Positions 48,301 through 60,886 of a DNA stretch of 60,886 bases are shown one piece after another. The stretch lies in contig MU271460.1 in NCBI GenBank assembly GCA_021432655.1, positions 1 through 60,886 on the forward strand, given 5' to 3'. The DNA comes from Atractiella rhizophila. Taxonomy: Eukaryota. The notes beneath the pieces are model-generated. The model did no database searches, was not told the origin of the DNA, and saw nothing but the letters and a program-made list of their open reading frames with translations. A program made the translations under genes and the position numbers. Each line of letters starts with the position of its first letter. Position 1 is the first letter of the stretch.

Positions 48301-49975
48301 AATCAACTGTTCAAAACTGCGGTGTTCGTGGTCCTCATTGCATGGAATTCGTGCACCTAATGGGCGAAATAGGGCGAGTTTACCGGCCATTCTCAATCTG
48401 TTCGCCATTTGGCTTACTCTCTTCTTGACCTGGGCGATCTTTTACATCGAAGTCTTCGGTCTAACGCGATGGGGCCCCACTGCGTTGTGGAATGCAAATT
48501 ACCAGACATTCTGGAAGGCTCTGATCATGCTGAGTTTAGCCAGCACTGGGTAAGCTGTTTCAGGTGACACCGGGTCATAGAAACTGATACTTGTACAGAG
48601 AGGGTTGGAATACTTTTATGCATGATTATGTGGCTGATTGTGAGTGAAATCGCCGACATCTCCACTCCACCCTCACCATCATGTAGATCCTTCTTGCACC
48701 CCTTCGCCAAACTTTCTTTTCTCGGACTGTGGGAACGCTGCTGGAGCTTACATTTTATTCATAAGCTGGAATGTGCTCTCGATGTACATTTTCTTGAACA
48801 TGTAAGCTGTTCATGCCGTTGCGCAGAGGTCATGATTGATCCGTGCCTACAACAGGTTTACTGGTGTGGTGGTTGAAAACTTCTCATACGTCTTCCAGCT
48901 TTATGGTCGGGTCACGTCCATCAACAGGGACGAGATGAGGCGCTTCAAGAAACTTTGGAACGAGTTCGATCCTGAAATGACAGGCTACATCAAACGCAGG
49001 AACTTTGTTCCTTTCTTTGCCGTGCGCCTTCTATTGTTAGCGGATCCTCATTCTGACTTGCGCCGTAGAAATTATCTGGTGTTTGGGAAGTCAAACCGTT
49101 TCCAGACGAGTTTCGACTGCGTGCCCTGCACGAGGTCTCGCAACCCGACATGGGCCAGTATCGTAAAACGACTATTGTGGATGGCATCGACATTCGAAAG
49201 CTGCAGAACCATCTAAACAATATGGACATTGCCGAGATAAAACGGCGGAAACAGATATACAATAGACTGTACAAGGAGGCGATGATGATAGGGGACAAAG
49301 GTCGGGGTATCTCATTCAACCGGATGTTGATCCTCCTGGCTCACTACAAGCTTATTGACGATGACAATGCTTTGAGGCAAGTTCTACTCTCATTTTGTTT
49401 GGTGTAGTCTAATTTCGTCCAGACTCGAGGATCTTATAAAGCGGCGGGATGAAAAGGAGCGCGTAGAGGATTTGGTCAGCATAGATCGTGTTCGTGGGCT
49501 TCTCAAAACGATCTACTGGCGGCGACGTTTCCTTGCCATGCGCGAAGAGAAGCGGTTGCAGCAGGCCATCAAAGATGGCAAAGAAGGTCCGTTACAACTT
49601 TTCTCCACTAGGTCTTCCTAAACCTGGATGCACAGTACCCGCTATCTTCGTCGAAACGGATCATCCTATGCGACCCAGCCTTCAACTGGACATGTCCGCT
49701 CTCTCCCTCAGCCACCCTCTCCCACCAGTCGCGGTCGCAGCGAGTCACCCGTGGCGGCAACACCTTACTCGCCACTATCCGCTGCATTTAGCAGGATCGC
49801 TTTGTCACCGGGAAATGACGATGATTACTTCGACAGACGCGGTTCAGCGGTCAGCGAGCGCTCTCATGACATTCGCTTCTCGATGCAACCACAGGAAACC
49901 CCAGACGATATTCTGAATTCAATGACCACCAGTGTGTGGGCAGACGTTCTACGAGAAGAAGCCGATCATCGTTAA
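42400..49975 (+). CDS. CCH1: High-affinity calcium channel Cch1 (4x6 TM voltage-gated-like)
   Basis: Four repeats with S4 motifs ([33 protein letters not shown]). Pore loops SANTW, SSENW, SLEGW and TGEGW give an N-E-E-E filter. EF-hand-like [16 protein letters not shown] and [16 protein letters not shown]. Confidence 0.96.
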
Positions 49976-51175
49976 GGACATTCAAGTCGTATTCACCTGA
50001 TTTATTTCTAACCTCATTCGTTTAGTCACATCACAATTTGGTGTCTAGAAAACAATATCGTGTTGTAACTTATTCTCCTCACGTCTTTTGTTGCATCAGT
50101 CTCTGTCTTAGTCCTTCGCAATAGATACCTTTTATGTGCATACCACCTATGTCTCTGTGACGGGATTCGTTTGCAATATGCACTGATGTTGGTTCTTCAG
50201 CTTCAGGAGCCAAGCTTTGGAAGGCGCGATGACTGCGTTCTCACTGTCACTGGCACCCACACAATTTTTTGAACAGCCCAGCACTCGTTCGTTCGTTGCA
50301 CTCAAACCCTCTATGATTCCTCATACACCAACGGATTTCCTTCAAATAACTGGCACAACACGTTCAGAGGGAGAAGCAGGACGTGTGATGGACTGCTGAA
50401 GAACGGGAGAAGAGGTGCCTACTGTCACAAGGGAACCACTCGCAGCAACCGTCCATGCACGGAAGTGCCAAAACTGCAATCACGTCCGAGGGGCCATTGA
50501 AGCAAGTTAAAGTCAATCTCTTCCACTTTCTTCGGAGTTGACGTTCACCTTCCCTCAAATTTGATGGAACAACAAGCGGTTACGAGGCAAAGATTCGGAA
50601 TTCAGACCGCGCCTCCAGACACAGGCAAACCTCATTTGCTCAGATTAGCTCATGCGAGGAAGCTCATTTGGGTCGTCGAATGTTGAATGTTGAATGTGTT
50701 CAAACTTCACGGAGGAGAGGACAAAGAGGAAATCTCACCTGGCGTTCCGCACAGCCCCGGAGGTACGGTCAGTACCCGCTCGAAGCAGACGAAACCAAGC
50801 CCTACCCGGCCAGCCTTGAATCTTCAACGGCATTCCTATTCGCAGGGAGAATAGCGAATGTAGTAATTTCGAAGGCAGAGAATTCGATGGTTGTGCAATC
50901 TCGGCTGGGAGTGCGAATGCCGGGATATCCGCGCGTTTGCGGTTGAGCTGCGAGTCAAGTCTCGCGTCAAGACAAAGGGAGAGAGGCTATAAAAGCGGTA
51001 GAGAAAGCTGCTGAAGACCCATCACATTCCAAAGAACATTTACAACTTCAAGTAAACCACTCCATCATTCCTCTGCTTCGCTATCCTTCAAGTAGTGAGT
51101 TCTCCGGCCATATTTCGAAATTTATCAGTCTGATGCTCTGCGTTCATAGTGTGCTCCTCCACTATCCACCGCACC

Positions 51176-51637
51176 ATGCTCCCACTGCTCGCCTTTCTCG
51201 AGGCCTGGTACAAATCGGTCCACAACACCTCCTCCGAATCCGTCCAGAGCGTCATCACAGCCAAAGTCTCCAACTCTGTCACGGCAACCATCAATGGTGA
51301 CAAACTTGACTTCGACGCTCTCGTCGCCTACTTCCAGAAGGAGGCTCAGGAATACACCGAGCTCGAGTTCACCACTAAAGACTCTGTCGTTCATCAAATT
51401 GATGGACAGAAAGCTGGTGTCGTTGGAGGTTCGTCTTTGTCTTTGTCCTCTTGATATTCTCACTGACATATAATTGGATGCATAGCCTTCATCACCTACA
51501 CAGGCAAGAAGAATGGAGCAGAAGTCAAAGGCGTAGCAAACATTATTGCTGACATTATCACTGAGAACGATGGAGCGACTTCTGGAGCCGATCCTAGGAC
51601 GATCTGGAAACTCGACATTGTGAAGTTGGAAAATTAA
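51176..51637 (+). CDS. Small SnoaL/NTF2-like fold protein (putative)
   Basis: MLPLLAFLEAWYKSV...TINGDKLDFDALVAYF.../FITYTGKKNG...IWKLDIVKLEN*; helix-then-strands pattern; TATAAAAG at about 50988 and a 5' UTR intron. Confidence 0.55.
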
Positions 51638-52249
51638 AGAGTTTTGTCTGCTCATATTGCTGTAAACCTCGTCATCCTTCGCAATGTTGTTATTCATCGG
51701 TTCGCATGTGAATGTCTTTTGCATTCCGTCTCTCTATATGGATTGCTTCTTTATTGTTGCCGGATAACTTTTTGAATACTATTAATTATCTAGCTATGCA
51801 CCAATCTACATCTTTATACTATTACTTTATGAGCTTTGCGAAGAGCAACGTACAACAGCTAGCACGGCGCGACGCGGAGTCAGAAGTACCTCAGAAATCT
51901 CACGCTGTAACACGTAACACGTAAGAGTGCCAACATTGACATTCCACCCCCAGATTTTAGAGTGAATAATGGAGATGAATCAGATTGATCAAAGTTCATG
52001 CACGTTCATGACTTAATCCAGCAAGTCTTACTGTATACGTTGATCGCGAGTAATGCAGAACAAGCAGGAAGGGAATACCAGATTTGAGCGCTTGAGCTCT
52101 CACCTCAGCTAGTTTGTTAAATCTTACACCCTGGTAAACGTTCAGCGTGGTATGTGGGCAGACTGGACACGTGATTTCCGGACGCGCCGTGAGCTTTGTT
52201 ACATCCATAAGTCCAGCTTTGCACTCCTGCAAGAGATACAAAGAGCAAG

Positions 52250-54037
52250 ATGCTCGCCCCTCTTCTGCTCTTTATTAGGATCTATGCTCTATTTGATATC
52301 AGCTTTTCCTCCTTCAAAGCAATCAAATCCTCTCGCCTTCGCAGTTCGTCAAAACAGCCAGCTGTGGATAGAAATGGATTGACAAAGTTTGAAAAGATCA
52401 GGAGGAGGAAGCTTAAGGAGCAGGTTATGGCTTGGCTCGTTTGGGTACGTGTTTCTTTCACGGTGTCGACGCGGGTATGAAGTGGAGTGACCTTTGTTGT
52501 TGCCAAAGGTTGTGTTGCTGAGAGCTGAGGGATGGGCGGATCGAACAATCGCTTTTTTCGTTCCATTTTATGACGAGATCAAAGCCATGGTGATGCTCTT
52601 CCTCATTGTGTTCAAAATTTCTGTATGTCCATCCACTTCTCTGTTATCGCTTCTCAGCCAGCTCCATAGTCGTCCGAGATGATTTTTCAAAACCTCTTCA
52701 GACCGTTGGTATCGCCATACGAAGCTATTCTAGACCCCATTATATACCACTTCCAGACTATTATACATGTAATAGTCCTCATCCTTTCATATCCTTTCGC
52801 GCCGCTCACAAGGTGGTACTACAGAAAGGTAGGTCGCCTTGCTGTTTCACATCCTGCTTAGCCGTTGACGTAACGTCTGATTGTGCAGGAATCGCCAAAC
52901 TTGGAAATGTCTCCCGACGAGTCGGTAGACAGCAGTGTCAACCTTTCCTCCAGCACGTCTGCCACTCTCAACGGTCGAACTGGCGCCGCACTCTCCGCAC
53001 AGAACAACCTGCCAGGGCATTATTTCTCCCCTGCGCCTCGCTCCCATCTCGTCCCTAGTAATGTTAGCAACGCGCTGAAACCCAAGCCTCTCTACCTAGG
53101 CGGAGCGCCGAAACCAGTACCTGAACCTGCACAAAGACCACGAAAGGATATCTCGCGTCCACTCAATCGCCCCAGCTCATTGTACCAACAACTGGAGGGC
53201 GATGTCGGCGGCGAGGACTCCTTTTCGTTAGACCAAGGCTTGGGACTCGGCATCTTCTCTCCTCCTCCTGCTGCACGTCCGCCAGCTCCTTCTCGTGGAA
53301 TCACCAGGCGACCCGTCTCCGTCGTGGCGCAAGGAAGAAGCGCGTGGCCAACGCGGACGGGGAGATAGAGCTGGCTAAACCTGTTGCGAAACGTGCGCGC
53401 ACGGTGTCCAGTTCTGACCAATGCCTCACAGATCCCGAAACCATCTTCGACGACAACGGTAACCAAAATCAGACCCACAGTTATTCCTTCTCTCATACCC
53501 GCGATTGATGAGGAAACGAACCGAGAAATCATTTTGCCTCGCGGGACTGTGACGTTGAAGAGGAAGAAGGAGAATGTGATTCTGAGGGAGAAAAAGAAGA
53601 ATCCAGTCAGAAAACCGAAAGCGTTGGAAGTCGAGGCACTGAGAGCGAGCAGGTCTCCAAAGAAGAAACCTATTGTTTCTAGTCCAGCCAAGAAAAGGAC
53701 GAATGCGAAAGTGATGAATGTGGGGCTCGACTCAGAAATGGAAATGGTATTAGAAGAGGAGGCGGACGTCTCGAACGATGTCGATCCGTTCTCTTTAGCT
53801 AGTCCGACGAAAGGGAAGGATAAGACGAAGCGGGCGCTGGGGAAGGTGTCCACCAGAGCTATGGGATCCGTTTCTACACTAAAAAGCGGGAGGGAGAGGG
53901 ATGCAACGATCAAACAGGAACAAGAGGAAGACTCTTATAGGGGAAACGGAAGCGGGGAGAGTCCTAGGGCACTGAGAGCAATCAAGAGGAGGAAAATGAT
54001 TGGTCAGTCTATTGGATCATTTGTTCACCTGGAGTGA
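52250..54037 (+). CDS. TB2/DP1/HVA22 (REEP/Yop1-like) domain protein with long disordered C-terminus
   Basis: SFSSFKAI...EQVMAWLVW/VV...FFVPFYDEIKAMVMLFL...MIFQNLFRPLVSPYEAILD. Confidence 0.7.
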
Positions 54038-54162
54038 GTCAAAGGTGGACCACTTTATTCTCACCGATTTGTTTATGGAAATTATGAAAGCAAATGCAGG
54101 CAGTTGCAGTGGTGTTGTACAGAGGGACTAGCTACATACTGAATCCATGATCAATGCAAAAA

Positions 54163-54635
54163 TTATTCTTCGTTCTCATTGTCATTCCCAGCATGCTCCT
54201 CGTCCTGTGGATCCTTGATCGACGGCAACTCAAACTCGCCTGCCCACGATGAGTCAACGTTCAAGCAGAAAGGTAGAGAGCGAACCATCCTTTCGCCACC
54301 CGATCCCGATCTTGGAGGCATCCTTCCACCGCGCATCGAATACCGTACTCCGGTTCTCCATCAACTCCCACTTGATACCTCCATCCGTGGCAACCCCACG
54401 ATGGATTCCGACATCATCGATCGTGCATTCTGTCGGATAAGAGACTCCCGAAGCCTGTAGCGCTTCCCAAAAGCGTTCCCTGATTTCGGACACAGTGGTC
54501 TTAGGGGTCGCTTCGACAATTATCGTGACTGTCTTTCTTTTGGTTGGAACGCGTCTCACTCTGCGAGATGAGAAGCAACGCACTCTTGTCATATTTACAC
54601 CGTAAGTGCGTCACTGGGTGCACTTTTGGTGGCAT
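54163..54635 (-). CDS. Small protein with probable ubiquitin-like (beta-grasp) fold
   Basis: Spliced MPPKVHPVTHLRCKYDK/ITIIVEATPKTTVSEIRERFWEAL...TVFDARWKDASKIGIGWRKD/GEFELPSIKDPQDEE...EE*. Confidence 0.55.
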
Positions 54636-54840
54636 TCTAACGCGCCAGTACTCCTTTGAAATGTATTTGGGCTGAGAAGTGATTGAAAGCAGCGGTAATC
54701 CCTGACAAGAATCTGGTTCCGACCGCAGCAGTGACGTAGGAGTTGGTAACCAGTCCTAAAAAGCACGTTGGGATTGCAATTGGAAAGGACCACCCACCAC
54801 CACTTTCAACAATCCTCAAACATCCACACATCTCTAAATT

Positions 54841-55658
54841 ATGCCGTGAGTATTGTCGTAGCACACTTGACCAGCAATTGACCATTTTGTGACAGGCTGC
54901 TTGGTCCCATCACGGTTGGCTTTTTTTGTGGTTTTTGTAGAGGCAAATGAGCTGAGCGGGTTATTCTAGCCCGCCTCTTTGGCTTGGTCCCCTATTTTCT
55001 TGGGTTACCAATCCTACCTTTCTGCGGTGAGTGTTTTGTATGCGGGGATGGTGAATGGGGATTGAGTCGTACGTGGGAATAGTCGACCTCATTCCTTCGT
55101 CTTAAGACCGGAGTCGCTGTCGGCACCTCGGATGAAGGTGTGAAGATGGAGGAGGCGAAAGATCAGGATCCGGCTCAGTTGCACAAAGACCAGAAGAAGT
55201 TGCTTGTTGCCAGTCGGTTTGTCCCTTTTCTTCCGCAAGTAGACGAAACGGTGGCTCATTAAATTGGGTGTGAAGGGCCGTTGGGAACTTCCAAGAAAAT
55301 GTCCCTTTCGTGTACTTGATCACCGCTCTAGCGGAATTGAACGGAGCACCAACTTGGCTCATTCATTCCATCCTAGCGACCCTATTCTCCTTGAGAGTCG
55401 CACACGTTGAGTTGGGCTTGAAGGCTCCCCATGCCATGGGTTTGGGAAGACCTGTAGGAGGTTCGTCTCCCGTCATTGTTTTTGTTACGGACAAGTTGAA
55501 ACCAATTTTCTGATAGGCTTCGGAACCATCATTCTTGGGCTGTCCGTCGCTTCTTATAACTTCAGGTGCGATTCCTATCTGTTTCTTACAAGAGAATGAG
55601 CCCTTGACTGCTTGGTAGCTTGGGATACGAGGCCCTCAAATCTTTCATCGGTATCTAA
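54841..55658 (+). CDS. MAPEG family membrane protein (microsomal GST-like), micro-exon rich
   Basis: LLVAS/RAVGNFQENVPF...LAELNGAP...LFSLRVAHVELGL...GLGRPVG. Confidence 0.82.
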
Positions 55659-55825
55659 AATGACGAGCTGTTGTCCAGTAATGTGAAGCAAGGAGAATTT
55701 CCAAGTCAAAAGGATTGTATTCGACATTCAGCGTCACGCTATTGACAATTTGTCTGAAGAATATCAAAATTTTCACTCCATCTAACGTACAAATGGTATG
55801 AGCAGGCGTAACCAATCTCAGAACT

Positions 55826-58800
55826 TTAGCCTTTAAGAAGTTTAAAGTTTTCTATGGATTGTCTCAGGGTCTCAAGCTCTGCATTCAGGTCTCTCATCTG
55901 CGCCATATGTCTCAGCAACAGTGAAATTAGGTGAAAGAAACAACGTACCTTTTCTGCATTCGCGTTGCGAACATCCTCACGAATTTTGGTCTCGTAATCA
56001 GGGGCATTCATCTGTTTCTCTAGTCGCTCCACATTCATATTTGTGAGAGTGATCTTCTTCTCCGCCTTCGTAATTTCTTGGTCAAAGTCAATCAAACCCT
56101 ACGAATCCAAGGTTGCATTTTGTTAGATGGGTCAAACGCGAGAAGAAAAGCGCACCCTAACGAGAAGATGGGCCGTAATATCACTGCTGATCGATTCAGT
56201 TGCGCAACCGCTTGGAATTGCATTCTTGTCCTTCACAATTTGGATGGACTGTGATCCCTTCACGAGAGTTGAAATAATTGGCGCTTCCCTCTCAAACAGC
56301 TCTGCGACTTCGGAAGAAGAAGGTTCTAGGAAGGCTTGAATGTTCGTTCGAAGGTTATACGTCGCTGCGAGGGAGCGGATGCTCTTGACAGAGGTGAAGA
56401 CCGCATCGAAGTCTTTTTCTGCCTGTGAATCGCGACGGCTCTCTTCCTGTAAACAGTCATAGATGAGACTATAGTCCCAGCGGACAAGGATAAGAGGTCA
56501 CCACAAAGGTAGGATATTTCGACACCATGATCGAAGGGGTGGTGTCCCCTTTTCGTCGAGGGAGACGCTGCCACAATTCCTCCGTCACATACGGCATGAA
56601 AGGATGCATGAGGCGGAGGCCACTGTCCAGTGCAGTGTATAGGGTGTTCTGCGCTGAACGACGCGCGGCAGCTGGTGCTGATGGATCTGTGATAGGTTTA
56701 ATGGCTTCCTGTATGGGGATAAGCATTTGTTCGGATAAAATGGGAAGCGTAAGCAATGAACGCACAATGTAAACGTCACAAAGTTCATACAGCCAGTAGT
56801 TGTAGATATGCCCTGTGACCGCCATGAAGTTTCGCTCGCGGATTTCGGTATCGACAGCAGCGCATGTCTCGTTCAGGCGATGAAGGATCCAGCGTTCAAC
56901 GAGAGACTCAGAGCCGCTCAGCTAGATGACACATTAGGGCGGCTTGATAAGACAAGGAGGAAAGATATACATTCTCACTCGCCTCGGGTACGAATCCGTC
57001 TTCAAACTTGAGCATAGCAAATTTTGTGGCGTTGAACAGCTTGTTGCAGAATTTGCGGTACCCTTCCACCTTTAAAACGTCTAGGTTGATGTCGCGATCT
57101 ACTGAAGCGTAAGAGACATCTAAAATAGAAAAGGAATTTCCTCACTGTTGGATGTATAGGCGCACAGTGTGAAACGCATAGCATCTGTACCGCACTGAGG
57201 AATACCATTAGGATAATCCTTCTTCTGGCCAGCCTCTGCTTTCGAAATTTCGGCTGCATCCAAATTTCCGACTCTGAGTTGAGCATGAAGTTCCTCAAGC
57301 GAACAGCCCTCAATCAGGTCAATAGGATTAATAACGTTCCCCAATGTCTTCGACATTTTTCGTCCATGGGCATCTCGGATCATGGCATGGCAAAAGACTT
57401 CGTTAAAAGGAACTTTGCCGGTGTGGTGAATACCCAGCATAACCATTCGAGCAACCCAGAAAAAGAGGATGTCCCAGCCAGTGACGAGGATGGCGGTGGG
57501 GTAGAAATCTTTCATATCCTGAGACTATTCCTTCCAGTCAATGACTGCTTGCATGGGAATAAGACGGTACTTGCGTCTTCTGGCCATCCTAGAGTAGAAA
57601 ACGGCCATAGACCAGATGAGAACCAAGTGTCCAGCACATCTTCATCCTGCTCCAGCACGAACTTTTTGCCTGGAAATTTCTCTGCTGCTTTCTTCTGAGC
57701 CTCCTCCTCTGTCTCAGCGACGATCCAAAGGTCCTCTCTTGAAGACTACTCCGCACATTGCATTAACCAAAAAAACGATATCCAGATAATGGACTCACGT
57801 CAGCATCCTCTTCGCCCTCGAGCTTGACAAAGTAAGCGGGACACCGGTGCCCCCACCAGAGCTGACGAGAGATACACCAGTCTTGAATTGTGGCCATCCA
57901 GTTATACCACTCCTTTTCACTGGACTTCGGAGTGATTGTGAATTCTTTTGCGTCTGTGCGCTGAAACAGCAACTTGAATTTCGCAAACGAAAGAACGAAA
58001 GGTAGAGCTCACTTCGACAGCCCTTTGGGCGAGCTCGGAGCAGTTGACCCACCACTGAGGCTTAAGGAGCGGCTCGATAATATCTCCCGATTTACTACCA
58101 TTCCTTTAGTAAGCGCGCGAGGGAAATAACAACATACCTGCAGACAGGTACTTTCATGGGGTTATCCTTTGTGCTGACGAATAAACCCTTCTCCTTGAGT
58201 GCCTCCACGACGGCCTTCCTTGCATGAAATCGCTTCATTCCCTTGAACTTCTCACCGACCAAGGAGTTGAAGGTTCCGTCATCATTCAGCACATTCAGAA
58301 TCTCCAACCCATTCCTCTTCCCCGTCTCGTAGTCATTGTAATCATGTCCAGGCGTCATCTTCACGGCTCCTGTGCCGAACTCCATGTCTACGGATTTCGC
58401 ATCTGTGATGATTGGCAATCGACGATCGACGAAAGGATGGACGGCAAATTTGCCGTGGAGATGCTTGTAGCGTGGGTCATCCGGATGCACAGCGATACCA
58501 GTGTCTCCTAACATTGTCTCAGGACGAGTAGTGGCCACAATGATGCGTTCATCTATTATTCATGGTCATAATCGTGGAACGAGGTTAGGAAGAGGAATGA
58601 AACAAACCCGAGTTTTCTATTTGATACGCAAATTCAGTGAGTACTCCGAACTCGAACTTTTCCTTCGGATCGTATCCAGGGACGGAAAGAAATGTGCGTC
58701 CAGCCAGCTCTTTTTGATCAACCTGTCAATCGCATCAGAAACGCAGGAGAGTGAAGCGTTTGAGAATCGTTGTACCTCGAGAGTGGATAGTGTAGTGTTT

Positions 58801-60280
58801 AGGTGCACACACCAATTGACCAACCGATTAGCACGATAAATAATCTTCTCGTCGTACAGTTTACAAAAGTGGTGAATAACGGCCTTGTATCTCGCCTTCA
58901 CATTGACCCTTGATCAGTATCCATCTATGGATGCGGAAGAAAGCGCTTACATCGTCGAGTGAAAACGCCGACCTCTCCCAATCAAAGCTTCCACCCAACC
59001 TCCTAAATTGGGCATTGATCCTAGCTGCATACTCGTCCTTCCATTCCCATATCCGCTTAACAAAGTCTTCCCTCGTGAATTCCATCCGGCGCTTTCCCTC
59101 GTTCTTCCATATTCGCTTTTCCACGACGGATTGCGTCGAAATACCGGCGTGATCCAAACCTGGAACATAAAGGGTACGGAGACCTGACATTCGTGCCCAT
59201 CGGATTAACCCATCTTGGATAGAAAGTGTAAGGGCGTGTCCCAAGTGAAGTTGACCGGTTACGTTCGGTGGAGGGGCTATGATCACGAAGGTCCCTTTCG
59301 AGGAATCTTCGATGGGACGAAAGAAGCCGGATGCTTCCCACCACTTTTATCGCGGTAAATACAAATGCTGAGAGAAAGAAACAGAAGAATGCGTACATCA
59401 TACCAGTTTGATTCGACAATTAGTGGATTGTAACCTGAGGGCATAGGGATAGAAAGATCTGCAGACGGAAGAATTTGTGAGATGTTTTGACAGGGAACCA
59501 AACAGTATAACACGAAGAGGTCATTTATTTTACGTATATCAAACAAATATGAAACTTTCACCAGTGGCCAGTGGGGCATAGTGATATCGTGAATGTAAGC
59601 TACATTCACACCAGCAATCGAGGCTCAATTGTCAACTGTTCAATTAGTGCAAATAACCGATCACATCGGTTCTCCAATTACCTCGACCATGCATTGAGCT
59701 TGCATACTTGCATCTCTTTGGCTTCAATAGCATGTGTTAACTTGCTGTTATAACTCATCAGCTGAAAGGCTTTCCCCATCTTGCCAGCTTCAAGCTACAC
59801 TGCTACGCTCAAATCATCAACACAATACAAGTGCTGGTGGGCAAGGCAATTTCTGATGTAGGTCATTTCATGGCACATCCAACGAGCAAAATACCATCTT
59901 ACAAGTACGTCAGAAATAAGCGTACCTTTCTTCTGTCCCTTCGGAATGGCTTTCAAAAGTCCCAAGATCCTCTCCTCTTCCTCCTTCTCTTCTTTCTTTC
60001 CTTCCTTCTCCTTCTTTTTATTCCCACCCTCCTTCGTAACCGCCTCCTTCACTTTAGTAACAGCGGCATTCTTGACGTCTTTCATCGCTTTCACTTTATC
60101 TGCTTTCGCTGCCTTCTTCAAAGCTGATTTGGTTGGCGCTGAGCCCGCTGGCGGGGGCGTTTCTTCAGACATGGTGGATATGTTTCTGATGTAGATTGGA
60201 TGTTTAAGGCGGGAAACTGGCAGACGGAGAGGTGATCCTGCTGATCGAAGGGGTGAAAAGCAACGAGAGATGGAGAGCAT
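55826..60280 (-). CDS. VAS1: Valyl-tRNA synthetase, mitochondrial (ATG 60280) and cytosolic (ATG 60172) forms
   Basis: [15 protein letters not shown] (HIGH), [78 protein letters not shown] and a C-terminal coiled coil. Confidence 0.97.
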
Positions 60281-60648
60281 CAACTCCACGAGACTCGACA
60301 AGTTTTAAAGTTCACTGGACACGAACGCCAAACGTACGCTCAGGTGACTTGTAGACGCGTCTCCTTCCTTCCCTTCCAAGCCCTGTAGAAAGCTTCTGAC
60401 CCCAGCATCGGAGATGATATACATTTTTGAGGTAGCTGAGTGAGGTGCAATATATTCGCTTCTCTTAAATTCTTTCAGATTCCTCAGAGATTTCCAGCTG
60501 ATCAAGCGATTTGATTTGGTGCGTGAATCAGTGTGATTTGATTTGATTGCCAAAGGCGTCAATTCCTCAGATTTATCGACGATTGTAAAGCCGATTGAGC
60601 TGTTAACAAAGTGGATAAAGACTACATTTGTGCATCTTTCACATTTCA

Positions 60649-60886
60649 ATGGCTCCGACGACATTTGTGGTCAAGCACGGCTCAGGAACAATCGAGATCC
60701 CTGGAATAGGATTCGGTGCAGGTGTGTGATTTATCGTATTTCTCAAGTTCGACCCACTTACACCATCTGTTGAAAACAAGGAACTGCTTGGAATCGTGTT
60801 GGCTTGACAGAACCAGAACTGCCCATAAATCAAGATCTCATCGCAGCAATCGAAACCGCTCTGAAAACAGGCTTTCGACTCATCGA
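60649..60886 (+). CDS. Aldo-keto reductase, 5' end only
   Basis: MAPTTFVVKHGSGTIEIPGIGFGA/GTAW...AIETALKTGFRLID, the AKR N-terminal signature. Confidence 0.85.

Noticed and set aside
51125..53913. Long antisense ORFs (199 aa at 51125-51724; 273 aa at 53092-53913)
   Set aside because: Shadow ORFs opposite better-supported plus-strand genes.
59560..59875. Resemblance of the ValRS intron to RNase MRP/P conserved regions (GAAAT..CTACAT, AGCTCAAT, ATGTAGCTTAC)
   Set aside because: The P4 pseudoknot register does not fit cleanly and the 3' half is sequestered in a local hairpin, so it is not assigned without a covariance-model hit.

Overview
Gene-dense, intron-rich fungal genomic DNA, probably a basidiomycete (inferred from the mostly 40-60 nt introns with GT donors and CTRAY-like branch points, and from gene content). 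It has one 482-nt assembly gap at 18945-19426. About 25 protein-coding genes can be rebuilt by hand splicing: two tandem C2H2/fungal transcription-factor paralogs, a CYSTM peptide, a ZIP zinc transporter, ICE2, BUD32, RNase H2 subunit B, an ACS/Dal5-type MFS permease, histone H3, a 5'-truncated Maf pyrophosphatase, two F-box-like genes, IBA57/CAF17, trehalose phosphorylase/synthase, ornithine N5-monooxygenase (sidA/sid1), the CCH1 calcium channel, a SnoaL/NTF2-like protein, a REEP/HVA22 protein, a ubiquitin-like protein, a MAPEG protein, valyl-tRNA synthetase, the start of an aldo-keto reductase and several orphans. Between 25.5 and 37.2 kb lie three slightly diverged head-to-tail duplications (about 2.0 kb, 3.3 kb and 117 bp). 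They are either real copy-number variants or two haplotypes concatenated by the assembler. The best leads for something new are two unusually long introns rich in hairpins (histone H3 intron 1 and ValRS intron 1), which are candidate ncRNA or regulatory-splicing modules. Also notable are at least five GC-AG introns, apparent +1 frame breaks in two genes, an in-frame 39-aa repeat in SidA and SreA/Urbs1-type GATA sites upstream of sidA. All exon coordinates come from manual reading and no database searches were run.
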